Assembly: GCA_965216875.1 (NCBI GenBank) | Contig: OZ244207.1 | Coordinates: 5,664,001 to 5,728,000 of the forward strand | Reading direction: 5' to 3' | From: Rubripirellula sp. | Lineage (GTDB): Bacteria; Planctomycetota; Planctomycetia; Pirellulales; Pirellulaceae | DNA length: 64,000 nucleotides | Shown: positions 28,635 to 37,782 of the stretch, piece by piece | How the letters are laid out: each line of letters opens with the position of its first letter | Position numbering within the stretch: position 1 is the stretch's first letter | The notes under the pieces: model-generated | The model's input: only the letters and a program-made list of their open reading frames with translations | Database searches by the model: none | Told to the model about the DNA's origin: nothing | Program-made: the position numbers and the translations under genes

Positions 28635-29018
28635 ATGCCAAAGACAGTTCTCGACTGCGGCAACTGTGGTCCTGACTTCAATAGCATTCGACAAATGATC
28701 TCGTCGAACTTCGATGCATCGGTGATTCAGTCGCACGGTGCCGAAGACACTTTGGACATTTTGCGCAACCGCCAAGTCGACTTGGTGACGGTCAACCGCA
28801 AACTCGATCGTGACTATTCCGATGGCTTGGAAGTCATCAAAGCAATCAAGTCAGATCCCGATGTGGCCGCTGTTCCTGTGATGTTGGTGACCAACTATGA
28901 AGAGCACCAGCAGGCCGCGATGGACGTCGGTTCGGTGCGTGGGTTCGGCAAGCTTTCGATGAACGAGCCGGCAACACTCGAAGCGATCGCAACGGTCTTG
29001 GGCCAATCGGATGAGTGA
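28635..29018 (+). CDS. Stand-alone atypical receiver (REC) domain protein
   Basis: REC fold pattern DLVTVN...DGLEVIKAIK...VPVMLVT...GK; Asn at the phosphoacceptor position. Confidence 0.8.
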   Translation: MPKTVLDCGNCGPDFNSIRQMISSNFDASVIQSHGAEDTLDILRNRQVDLVTVNRKLDRDYSDGLEVIKAIKSDPDVAAVPVMLVTNYEEHQQAAMDVGSVRGFGKLSMNEPATLEAIATVLGQSDE

Positions 29019-29544
29019 TTCCGGTCCCGGCCTCGTCCTCTTGGCCGTGTTGGTTGGCCTGGCGGCCGGTTGTTTGCTGGCAACCCAACCGAGCATCAAC
29101 GGCCAGCTCAGTAAGCATGTTGCGCACCCGCTGCAAGCCACGCTGATTTCCTTCGGTTCGGGAACCGTGATCATTTTCTTGATCACCATCCTGTCGAGCA
29201 ATTTCCCGATCCGATTCACCTCTCCACCGAGTCAACTTCCCCTCTGGGTCTGGTTCGGCGGTGCCATTGGCGTTGTGATGGTCACCACGTCGCTGCTGCT
29301 GGTCCCCCGCGTTGGGTCGCTCACTTGGTTTGCCGCGGTGATGACCGGCCAGACTGTGACAGCGCTCCTTTTGGACCATTACGGACTCCTCGGAACACCT
29401 CGCGCAGCGGTTTCCCCACTACGGGTTCTGGGAACCTGCCTCCTCATCGCGGGGGTTCTGGTGATCGTGCAGGCAAAAAGACAAGAACATTTCGAACAGG
29501 CCACCAGAACGGGGACGACGGCCAGTGCGGCCGACTCGGACTAG
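29011..29544 (+). CDS. DMT/YdcZ-family small transporter
   Basis: QPSINGQL, ISFGSG, WVWFGGAIG, GQ...LLLDHYG. Confidence 0.88.
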   Translation: MSDSGPGLVLLAVLVGLAAGCLLATQPSINGQLSKHVAHPLQATLISFGSGTVIIFLITILSSNFPIRFTSPPSQLPLWVWFGGAIGVVMVTTSLLLVPRVGSLTWFAAVMTGQTVTALLLDHYGLLGTPRAAVSPLRVLGTCLLIAGVLVIVQAKRQEHFEQATRTGTTASAADSD

Positions 29545-29714
29545 CCTCCTTTGCTAGCGAGTGCCTCTCACAAACGCCCTAATGAGCGTCAGCGGCGAGA
29601 AAATGACCTTACCCAGCGTGGGATGAATCAAGTATCGATAGTAGCAAATCGGTCGATTTCATGGCGTGCGTCAGGCGCGAACGGCATGTGTTGGCAAGAT
29701 ACGAACAACTACGC

Positions 29715-29743
29715 TTGAGACGTTTTTTACCGGAAACTATGGT
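29715..29743 (+). promoter_or_regulatory. Candidate sigma70 promoter of the fabZ-ACP-fabZ-fabF cassette
   Basis: TTGAGA-17 bp-TATGGT about 100 nt upstream of the first gene. Confidence 0.4.
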
Positions 29744-29839
29744 AGGGCGTCCTGGCGAGCGGTCCATCGAGGTATTCCACCCCAATCCCCAGCCCAATTG
29801 GCCTCCTCAATCAACCAATGAGGAAGAACTGAATCGCTG

Positions 29840-30319
29840 ATGAAATACTGTCAAATCGATCGAATCACATCGGTCCAACCCGGCCAAAAGCTGACTGCAA
29901 CCCGGACGCTCCACGAAGATGAGGAGTACCTCAAGGATCACTTTCCTAATTTTCCTGTCATGCCTGGCGTGATGATGCTTGAAGCGCTTCATCAAGCTGC
30001 CGTTTGGCTGGTCCGCATTACAGATAACTTCCAGAGCCCGCTGGTTTTGCTGCGGGAAGTTCGGAGTGTCAAATTTGGCGACTTTTTGGCTCCAGGAGAA
30101 ACCCTCGATTTGGTCGTCGAACAAATCAAAGTCAACGGCGACAAAACGACGATCAAAGCGACTGCGATGAAAGGCGACCGAGCCACCGTCTCGGCGAGAC
30201 TCATTCTCGAGAAGTGTGGAACCGGTGATCCCGAGCGACTCGGATCCGACGAAGAGATTCGCGGTCGGTGCGAAGACCAGTTCCGCGAACTGTTCGGTGA
30301 CATCGCCGTCACCAACTAA
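29840..30319 (+). CDS. FabA/FabZ-family 3-hydroxyacyl-ACP dehydratase (catalytic motif intact)
   Basis: IDRI, YLKDHFPNFPVMPGVMMLEAL, VKF...PGE. Confidence 0.88.
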   Translation: MKYCQIDRITSVQPGQKLTATRTLHEDEEYLKDHFPNFPVMPGVMMLEALHQAAVWLVRITDNFQSPLVLLREVRSVKFGDFLAPGETLDLVVEQIKVNGDKTTIKATAMKGDRATVSARLILEKCGTGDPERLGSDEEIRGRCEDQFRELFGDIAVTN

Positions 30320-30379
30320 CCATCCAATTTATCGAACAATCCACAACTCAACACAAACAAGAACAACTGAGGATTTCCA

Positions 30380-30769
30380 ATGGCACTTGCCAAAGATGAG
30401 ATTTTTGAAAAGGTCCGCGAAGCATTGGTCGACGCATTGGGAGTCGATGATGATGAAGTGAGCGAGGACGCAACGCTTGTTGGCGACCTGGGCGCCGAAT
30501 CAATCGACTTCCTGGACATCGTCTTCAAATTGGAAAAGGCATTCGACATCACCATTCCTCGTGAAGAGTTGTCGCCTGAAGACATTTTGACCAACAGCCA
30601 ATACGTCCAAGACGGCGTGGTCACTGACGAAGGCATGGCAGAACTGAAGCGACGTATGCCTTGGGCTGACCTGACCGAATTCGAAAAGAACCCACGCGTT
30701 CAAGACTTCGGCAACCTGTTGACCGTTGGCGACTTGTGCAGCTACGTCGGCAGCAAGGTTGGCGAATAG
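30380..30769 (+). CDS. Extended acyl carrier protein (AcpXL-like)
   Basis: DLGAESIDFLDIVFKLEKAFDITIP phosphopantetheine region; 129 aa with a long insert before TVGDL. Confidence 0.9.
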   Translation: MALAKDEIFEKVREALVDALGVDDDEVSEDATLVGDLGAESIDFLDIVFKLEKAFDITIPREELSPEDILTNSQYVQDGVVTDEGMAELKRRMPWADLTEFEKNPRVQDFGNLLTVGDLCSYVGSKVGE

Positions 30770-30845
30770 GCTTACCTTTGTTCATGATTCCAAACGCGCC
30801 GTAACATCGTTCGCGTTGCCCCCATTTGATAGGTAGAGCTGGCAC

Positions 30846-31352
30846 GTGCGTTGGCTATGGGTTGATCGATTCACCGAGTTTGTCAGTGGCTTTCATGCCC
30901 ATGGCACCAAGAACATTGCGCTCGATGAAGAGGTCGTTGACCACTACATCCCCGGCTATCCTGTTCTGCCGCCAACGTTGATTATCGAGGGTATGGCACA
31001 ACTGGGCGGGATTCTTGTCGCCGAGCATTTCGGTTTCGAAAAGAACGTCGTGCTGGCCAAAGTTGGAAAGGCCAAATATCACGCCCCAGCTCGCTGTGGG
31101 GATCAGCTCAAATACGAAGTCAAGCTGGACGCCGTGCAAGATCACGGCGCCACCGTCACGGGGACAAGTCACTGTGACGGGAAACTGCAGGCCGAGATTG
31201 ACCTGATGTTTGCCTTCCTTGAAGAGGGCCGTTTCACCGACGGTCCCCTTTTCCGGCATGGCGATCTACGATCCATGCTCAGGATGATGAACTTTTTCCA
31301 CGTCGCGGTCGATCAGGACGGCAACCCCGTTCCGATCTATCAAAACATTTGA
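30846..31352 (+). CDS. Second FabZ-like hot-dog protein (catalytic His altered or shifted)
   Basis: WLWVDRF, DHYIPGYPVLPPTLIIEGMAQ. Confidence 0.85.
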   Translation: MRWLWVDRFTEFVSGFHAHGTKNIALDEEVVDHYIPGYPVLPPTLIIEGMAQLGGILVAEHFGFEKNVVLAKVGKAKYHAPARCGDQLKYEVKLDAVQDHGATVTGTSHCDGKLQAEIDLMFAFLEEGRFTDGPLFRHGDLRSMLRMMNFFHVAVDQDGNPVPIYQNI

Positions 31353-31452
31353 TTCACAGCCCTCAATTCCTTGCCAACCACTTGGACCACGCGAACGAGA
31401 GCGATTCGGTCGACCCAAGAGGCAAGTCCACCCGCCAGCCAAGGCTATTCTG

Positions 31453-32736
31453 ATGCGTCGTCGTGTTGTCGTTACTGGGATCGGCATGATCAACCCAATG
31501 GGTCATGATCCGCAGACGGTGTGGGCAGGACTGAAAGAAGGCAAGAGCGGCGTTGCCAAAACAACGCTCTTCGACGCCAGTGGTTTTCCCACCAAGATCA
31601 GTGCCGAAGTCAAAAACTGGGACATCACCGACGCGGGTGAACCGGCCGACAGGTGGAAGTCACGTGGCCGGCACACCAAGTTTGCGGCCGGTGCTGCCAA
31701 ACAAGCCATCGAAAACAGCGGCGTCCTCGATTCCGTCTCCGACCCAACTCGCTTCGGTATCTACCTCGGCAGCGGCGAAGGCAACCAGGACTTCATGACC
31801 TTTAGCCGGATGATGGCGGAAGCTCTCAAGGGTGGTGAATACGAATCGTCCAAGTTCATCGCGGCCGGGCTGCAATACCTCGACCCTGCTGCTGAACTCG
31901 AGCAAGAACCGAACATGCCAGCGGCGCACCTGGCCACCATGTTCAACGCCCAGGGCCCCAACCTGAACTGCTTGACCGCGTGTGCCGCAAGTAGCCAAGC
32001 CGTTGGTGAAGCAACCGAAATCATTCGCCGCGGCGACGCCGACGTGATGCTTGCCGGTGGCACTCACAGCATGATTCATCCCTTTGGCGTGACCGGCTTT
32101 AACCTGCTGACAGCACTGAGCGAAAGCAACGACGAACCGACCAAAGCGAGTCGCCCCTTCGACCGATTGCGAGACGGATTCGTCTTGGGTGAAGGCTCGG
32201 CGATGGTGATTCTGGAAGAACTTGAAGCAGCCAAAGCACGCGGCGCGACGATCTATGGCGAAATCGCAGGCTACGGTACAACGGCCGATGCGTACCGAAT
32301 CACCGACATCCCACCGGACGGACACGGCGGTATCGCAGCGATGCGAATGTCGATTGCCGATGCGGGCTTGAACCCTTCCGACATTCAATACGTCAACGCT
32401 CACGGAACCAGCACGACCGTTAACGACAAAGTCGAATCGAAAGCGTGCAAAGAAGTTTTTGGTGACAACGCTACCAATGTTCCCGTCAGCAGTACGAAAA
32501 GCATGATGGGACACCTGATCGCAGCCGCCGGCGTGACCGAAATGATCGTCTGTTTGATGGCCATGCGTGACTCCGTCCTGCCACCAACGATTAACTACGA
32601 AAACCCCGATCCTGAATGCGATCTCGATTACGTGCCCAACGAAGCGCGTGACGCCGAGATTCAATACGCCCTCAACAACAGCTTTGGGTTCGGTGGACAA
32701 AACGTAACGCTTTGTTTGAGCCGCTTTGCTGGGTAG
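31453..32736 (+). CDS. fabF: Beta-ketoacyl-ACP synthase II (FabF-like)
   Basis: RRVVVTGIG, TACAASSQ, SRPFD..RDGFVLGEG, NAHGTST, KSMMGHL, NSFGFGGQN (Cys-His-His triad intact). Confidence 0.93.
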   Translation: MRRRVVVTGIGMINPMGHDPQTVWAGLKEGKSGVAKTTLFDASGFPTKISAEVKNWDITDAGEPADRWKSRGRHTKFAAGAAKQAIENSGVLDSVSDPTRFGIYLGSGEGNQDFMTFSRMMAEALKGGEYESSKFIAAGLQYLDPAAELEQEPNMPAAHLATMFNAQGPNLNCLTACAASSQAVGEATEIIRRGDADVMLAGGTHSMIHPFGVTGFNLLTALSESNDEPTKASRPFDRLRDGFVLGEGSAMVILEELEAAKARGATIYGEIAGYGTTADAYRITDIPPDGHGGIAAMRMSIADAGLNPSDIQYVNAHGTSTTVNDKVESKACKEVFGDNATNVPVSSTKSMMGHLIAAAGVTEMIVCLMAMRDSVLPPTINYENPDPECDLDYVPNEARDAEIQYALNNSFGFGGQNVTLCLSRFAG

Positions 32737-32746
32737 ACCCATCGTC

Positions 32747-33151
32747 ATGAGCGAATTCACCGACGCCGAACTCGCTGCCTTTCTTGATGAAGCTCTTACA
32801 CCAGAGCGCTGCGCCGATCTCGAAAACGAGCTGCGCACCAACGACGAACTTCGTAACCGATTGATCGAAGTACGTGGTCGCGAAACCGCCGGGCTCCACA
32901 CGATCGGTGCCATTTGGCGACGCTCACGTTTGTCCTGTCCGAGCCGCGAAGAGCTCGGCCAATACTTGCTTGGCACTCTCGAAAAAGAACCGCACCAATA
33001 CATCCAATTTCACCTCGAAGAAATCGGGTGCAGGTATTGCCAGGCCAACTTGGCCGACTTGCAAGCCGCGTCCCAATCAGACGACCAACCTGCAAAGCGA
33101 CGTCGACGCTATTTTCAAACCAGCGCTGGCTATCTCAACAAAGACGAGTAA
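32747..33151 (+). CDS. Small soluble protein with anti-sigma-like (zf-HC2/ZAS-like) modules
   Basis: ELAAFLDEAL..., then CPSREELGQYL...HLEEIGCRYC. Confidence 0.65.
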   Translation: MSEFTDAELAAFLDEALTPERCADLENELRTNDELRNRLIEVRGRETAGLHTIGAIWRRSRLSCPSREELGQYLLGTLEKEPHQYIQFHLEEIGCRYCQANLADLQAASQSDDQPAKRRRRYFQTSAGYLNKDE

Positions 33152-33165
33152 TCTTCGCTTGAAGA

Positions 33166-33465
33166 TCACGCCGCACGGTACAACATCGACTCCAGTCGAT
33201 CGAGCGTGGTCACCATCTCATTCCACTGCGACATCACATCAAGTGTTGGCAGAGTCACGGCGTCGTCGCGATCGTAACCTTGCTCACTCACTCGAATGGT
33301 TCGTGACAAGACGGTTTCGTCCGCAGACGCTTCTGATTCGCAGTCATCTTCCATTGGCAGGACTTGTTGCATCGTGCGATGCACTGCCCAAACTGCCGCC
33401 TTTTGCGTCGACTCCGCTTGAACGATGCTGCGGAAGGTTCCCGATTGAACGTAGAATTTGGCCAT
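33166..33465 (-). CDS. Small hypothetical protein (MAKFYVQSG...)
   Basis: ATG preceded by an AAAGGAA RBS; the longer ORF-track N-terminus overlaps the opposite gene. Confidence 0.65.
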   Translation of the reverse strand: MAKFYVQSGTFRSIVQAESTQKAAVWAVHRTMQQVLPMEDDCESEASADETVLSRTIRVSEQGYDRDDAVTLPTLDVMSQWNEMVTTLDRLESMLYRAA

Positions 33466-33624
33466 GATGATTCCTTTCGTTTTTGCAGTGGTTGGTGAGG
33501 TTGCTCTTGCGATAGTCTTCGTATCGCAGGTGCCTGGACACGTTAGGTCCCACGCTGCAGAAATTGCCAAAAACACGCAGAATCCAATCCGCATTCCATC
33601 CTGAGATCCGTCACGGGCCACTTC

Positions 33625-34959
33625 ATGAAACTGATTCACCACGGCGCACATGAAGGGGTCACCGGTTCCTGTCATCAGTTGCGATGGGACAAAGAACACA
33701 GCTTGCTGGTCGATTGCGGGACGTTCCAAGGCGATGATGCTCGCCGAAATCCCAACCCTGAGATCAACTTTTCGCTCTCTGGCATCGAGTGCCTGTTGTT
33801 GACCCACGTGCACATCGATCACGCTGGTCGTATCCCCTATCTGCTTGCGGCCGGATTCGACAAACCGATCTATTGCAGCTATCCGACCGCGCGATTGCTT
33901 CCGCTGGTCATGGAAGACGCTTTGAAGATTGGCTTCACGCGGTCACGCCGACTGATTGAAAAGTTTCTCAAGCGGATCGGCAAACTGCTACGCCCGATCG
34001 AATATGGCACGTGGCATTCCATCGCCGACGGCGTCAAGATTCGATTGCAGACGGCGGGCCACGTTCTTGGATCGACCGTGTTTGAAGTGGAACTGCCTGA
34101 CGGAAAACGGGTCGTCTTCTCGGGTGACATCGGATCGGGCAACAACCCGTTGCTAAACAAACCGACCAGCCCGACACGTGCCGACTTGCTGGTTCTCGAA
34201 AGCACCTACGGCGATCGTTTCCATCAAACGCACCAGGACCGCCGCGACACGCTTGAACGAGTCCTTCGCAAAACGCTCGAAGACAAAGGCGTGACGATCA
34301 TTCCCGCGTTCAGCCTCGGACGTACTCAAGCACTCTTGTACGAGATGAACGGGATCTTTGAACGCGTTCAACAGACCGACGGGCGATCGCTCATGAAGCA
34401 GGTTGATGTCATCGTCGACTCGCCGTTGGCTTCAAGATTCACACAGCTCTACAAAGAACTGCAAGACTACTGGGGACTCGAGGCGCAGCATGCGGTAAGC
34501 ATGCAAGACCAGCCACTTGTCTTCGAAAACCTCACCACCGTCGGTGGCCACCGCGAACATCGAGACACATTGGATTACATCGATCGGCATCAGCTTCCGG
34601 CAATCGTGATCGCAGGAAGTGGCATGTGCACCGGTGGTCGCGTGGTCAACTATCTAAAACGGTTCATCGAAGATCCCAAAGCTGACATTGTGTTTGTTGG
34701 CTATCAGGCGGGCGGAACGCCGGGTCACTTCATCAGTCGTGGCAGCGATTGGGTCCGTTTGGACGGGCGCAAATACAACATTGCCGCAGACATTCATCGC
34801 ATCCATGGCTACTCAGCCCACGGCGACCAAGCCGACCTGATCGAATTCGCCGAATCGATGGAAAAGCCTCCCGGCGAAATCCGACTCGTCCACGGTGAAT
34901 ACCAGCCGAAACAAACCCTTGCCGAAAAGCTGACCGAGCGTGGCCACCGCGTCATCTGA
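33625..34959 (+). CDS. Metallo-beta-lactamase/beta-CASP ribonuclease (YSH1-like)
   Basis: VTGSCH, THVHIDHAG, AGHVLGS, SGDIG, ESTYG, IPAFSLGR, SGMCTGGR, YSAHGD. Confidence 0.93.
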   Translation: MKLIHHGAHEGVTGSCHQLRWDKEHSLLVDCGTFQGDDARRNPNPEINFSLSGIECLLLTHVHIDHAGRIPYLLAAGFDKPIYCSYPTARLLPLVMEDALKIGFTRSRRLIEKFLKRIGKLLRPIEYGTWHSIADGVKIRLQTAGHVLGSTVFEVELPDGKRVVFSGDIGSGNNPLLNKPTSPTRADLLVLESTYGDRFHQTHQDRRDTLERVLRKTLEDKGVTIIPAFSLGRTQALLYEMNGIFERVQQTDGRSLMKQVDVIVDSPLASRFTQLYKELQDYWGLEAQHAVSMQDQPLVFENLTTVGGHREHRDTLDYIDRHQLPAIVIAGSGMCTGGRVVNYLKRFIEDPKADIVFVGYQAGGTPGHFISRGSDWVRLDGRKYNIAADIHRIHGYSAHGDQADLIEFAESMEKPPGEIRLVHGEYQPKQTLAEKLTERGHRVI

Positions 34960-35078
34960 CCAGACACTCGCCTGACGTCGTAACCTCGCTCCGCGTAGTC
35001 ATGCCGTTTGTAGTCCAGCCTTTAAGCGGTTGATGAGCCGAACGCGTGGTCTCGCACTCTTCGCACACCGCGCTCCCC

Positions 35079-35118
35079 GTAGGCCGGATCAAGGAGCGAC
35101 AGCGACGCGGATCCGGCA
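35079..35118 (+). repeat. GTAG REP resembling the enterobacterial REP (copy 1)
   Basis: GTAGGCCGGATCAAGGAGCGACAGCGACGCGGATCCGGCA; reverse-complement copy at 59968-60006 with one mismatch. Confidence 0.85.
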
Positions 35119-35212
35119 TGTCGCCTGACCATCCGCGCAACGTCGGATCTGACCAGACGCTCGCCGAGTCGCTATAGTCCAGCAATCGAATATCGATCGA
35201 ATATGGGAGCGA

Positions 35213-36475
35213 TTGCGGGTGGCGGAAAGCGAACAACTAGATGTAGTGATCGTTGGGGCGGGACTTGCCGGCTTATCATGCGCCATCGCCCTGAGCAAAG
35301 CCGGAAAGTCGGTAGCGATTCTCGAGGCATCCGACCGTGTGGGAGGCCGTGTGCGCAGCGATGTCGTGGACGGCTTTACGCTCGATCATGGTTTTCAAGT
35401 CCTGCTCACGGCCTACCCGGCTTGCGAAGAATTGCTCGACTACGATTCCCTTCGCCTGCGGCCATTCGCACCGGGCGCACTCGTTCGAAAAAACGGGGCC
35501 TTTGCTGTGCTCGCCGACCCGTGGCGATCACCTAGTCAGACCTTTGCCACTGCATTCAACTCGGTTGGCACATGGAAAGACAAACTGCTTGTCGCCAAAC
35601 TTCGCAGCGCCGTCCAATCTGGCAGTCTCGATAGCCTCTATCAAAACGAATCTACAACCACAAAGGAATTCCTCGCCCAGTTTGGTTTCTCGGAGCCCTT
35701 TGTCGAGCAGTTTTTCCGACCCTTCATCGGCGGCGTCTATCTTGATGAATCACTTGAAACATCGAGCCGAATGCTGAAATTCGTTTTTCGCATGTTCTCG
35801 GCCGGCGATGTGGCGGTTCCAGCCGAAGGAATGGGAGCGATACCGAGGCAATTGGCGGAACGTTTGCCGCGGGGAACCATCCGGTTGCAGTCGTCTGTGA
35901 CATCGATCGACGGCAACAGACTAACGCTTGCCGACGGCACGACCCTGGCGGCCAACTCGATTGTGATCGCAACCGAAAGTGGCACTGCGGCCCGGTTGTT
36001 GAAGCAAGAATCGATCGCGACCGAATGGAATCGAGCGACAACCTTTTACTACGCCGCCGACAGCGCGCCCGATGCCCGCAAGATGTTGGTACTTCGTGGT
36101 GACGAATCGGGGATCATTCAGACGGCAACCATCCTCAGCAACGTCGCACCCGAATATGCACCCACCGGCAAAGCACTTGTCTCGGTCAGCGTCTCCGGTC
36201 AAGCCGAGGTCGATATCGACGAAGCAGACAACCAGATCCGTGGCCAATTGAAATCCTGGTACGGTGATGCCGTCACGAGCTGGAAACGCCTGCGTGTCTA
36301 TGACATCCCCTTCGGTGTTCCCAATCGCGATCTTGAGCCAGTGATGTTGCCCATCGACGGACGATCAGTTGGATCCGACGCAAACACCTATCTGTGCGGC
36401 GACCATAGAGAAACGCCCAGCATTCAAGGCGCAATGAACAGTGGCCTTCGCGTAGCCAACGCGATTCTGCGCTAG
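35213..36475 (+). CDS. FAD-dependent oxidoreductase (flavin amine oxidase/phytoene-desaturase-like family)
   Basis: VGAGLAGL, EASDRVGGR, DHGFQVLLTAYP, SIQGAMNSG. Confidence 0.88.
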   Translation: MRVAESEQLDVVIVGAGLAGLSCAIALSKAGKSVAILEASDRVGGRVRSDVVDGFTLDHGFQVLLTAYPACEELLDYDSLRLRPFAPGALVRKNGAFAVLADPWRSPSQTFATAFNSVGTWKDKLLVAKLRSAVQSGSLDSLYQNESTTTKEFLAQFGFSEPFVEQFFRPFIGGVYLDESLETSSRMLKFVFRMFSAGDVAVPAEGMGAIPRQLAERLPRGTIRLQSSVTSIDGNRLTLADGTTLAANSIVIATESGTAARLLKQESIATEWNRATTFYYAADSAPDARKMLVLRGDESGIIQTATILSNVAPEYAPTGKALVSVSVSGQAEVDIDEADNQIRGQLKSWYGDAVTSWKRLRVYDIPFGVPNRDLEPVMLPIDGRSVGSDANTYLCGDHRETPSIQGAMNSGLRVANAILR

Positions 36476-37725
36476 TTGAAACTGCTGCCAAAGTTGTAGA
36501 CACCTGTGACGGGCACGACCCCGTAGACGCCATCAGTAAAGACTTGGCGAACAAAGTTGTTGAACAACTTGATCGGCGCACTTGGCAGGACAATGACATC
36601 ACCGTCGCGTATCCAAATCTCGTCGCACGGCTGAGCCTCACGTCCCAAGATCGCGCCTCGTACATCGAGCAACGTCGAGATCAACTCGAAGTTGTCACCA
36701 CGTCGAAAGACAACCACCTGGCGTAAGTTCGCGCCCACAACGTGGCCTCCGCCCATGGCGATCGCCCCCAGCACCGTTGTGGGAGTGTCCATGTCGTAGC
36801 GGCCAGGTTGCTTGACCTCGCCGAGAATATAGAAATGGTGCGGTGCTTCTTCGGCAAGCGAAGGTTCGACTTCCAGACCGCCCACGATTTCGTCGTATCG
36901 CAGATTGATCTCTTGCTTCAGTTCTTCGAGCGTCAGGCCCTGTGCTTGCACGCTACCGATTCGCGGCAGACGAATCTCGCCCGAGGGCGTGACGCGTTGG
37001 TCGGTCTGCTGGGGATCAAAGCCACCAACACCGCTGATGGCCTCGCGAATCTGGCGAGCAGCCGTTCCCGTGTTGACCGGCGTCACATCAATCGCCGGTT
37101 CAGGATAGAACTGTTTGTAGCGTCGTTCGAGCACTTCGCGTAATTGCTGGATTGTCTGGCCTGCGGCGTGAACTTGACCAATCAAACGCAATGTGATCGT
37201 TCCGTCGGGTTGAATCTTGAGCCCCTTCTCGAGCGTCCCCCGTGTCAGTTGCTCGTCGGCTTCCGATTCGATCAGCAATTCGTCTCCAACAACAAGACGA
37301 TAGCTGCCTTCCGTTTTCAAAGCGGTCAACAAAAAGGTGAGTTCGATCGTATCGCCGGTCCGCAATCGATATTCGGGAACGCGAAACGTTCGAGAGGGCC
37401 CTGCGTATTCGCCAGGCCCAAGCTGATCGAATGGCGAGTGATAGGGACACTGCCAGCATTGACAATCGTGGGGATGGTCAATCGGCCCAATACCGAGTTT
37501 CATCCCCGTGCCGCCAATCAAACCATCCCCGCTACGATTGACGCAGGTTCGATGATGCGCAAACGAATGCCCGTCTTGAACGTACGTCGGCGCGTTTTGC
37601 TGGACAACCGTTTCGCTGGTTTGAAAGGCGACGACAGGTTCGTCGCCGCGCGTTTGTTGCGACATCGTGAACGCGGCGACCAACAGCGCGAGTGTTCGAG
37701 TCCGATTGCGAAGACTTTCCAACAT
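36472..37725 (-). CDS. Polysaccharide export (OPX/Wza-like) protein with two PES-like domains and an SLBB domain
   Basis: YRLVVGDEL...IQPDGTITLRLIGQVHAAGQT; VTPSGEIRLPRIGSVQAQGLT; ILGEVKQPGRY; IRDGDVIVLP. Confidence 0.88.
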   Translation of the reverse strand: MLESLRNRTRTLALLVAAFTMSQQTRGDEPVVAFQTSETVVQQNAPTYVQDGHSFAHHRTCVNRSGDGLIGGTGMKLGIGPIDHPHDCQCWQCPYHSPFDQLGPGEYAGPSRTFRVPEYRLRTGDTIELTFLLTALKTEGSYRLVVGDELLIESEADEQLTRGTLEKGLKIQPDGTITLRLIGQVHAAGQTIQQLREVLERRYKQFYPEPAIDVTPVNTGTAARQIREAISGVGGFDPQQTDQRVTPSGEIRLPRIGSVQAQGLTLEELKQEINLRYDEIVGGLEVEPSLAEEAPHHFYILGEVKQPGRYDMDTPTTVLGAIAMGGGHVVGANLRQVVVFRRGDNFELISTLLDVRGAILGREAQPCDEIWIRDGDVIVLPSAPIKLFNNFVRQVFTDGVYGVVPVTGVYNFGSSFN

Positions 37726-37782
37726 GATGGTACGATGTGCTTTTTGAGGGGGTGATCGATAGGTTGTCCGTTTGGCGCAGCG

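Noticed and set aside
31660..33003. Long antisense ORFs (also 57996-59258, 61039-62001, 23821-24738)
   Set aside because: Typical GC-rich codon-bias shadows of well-supported genes
33466..33822. N-terminal extension of the 33166-33822 ORF
   Set aside because: Antisense to the beta-CASP gene start; a better RBS and ATG lie at 33465
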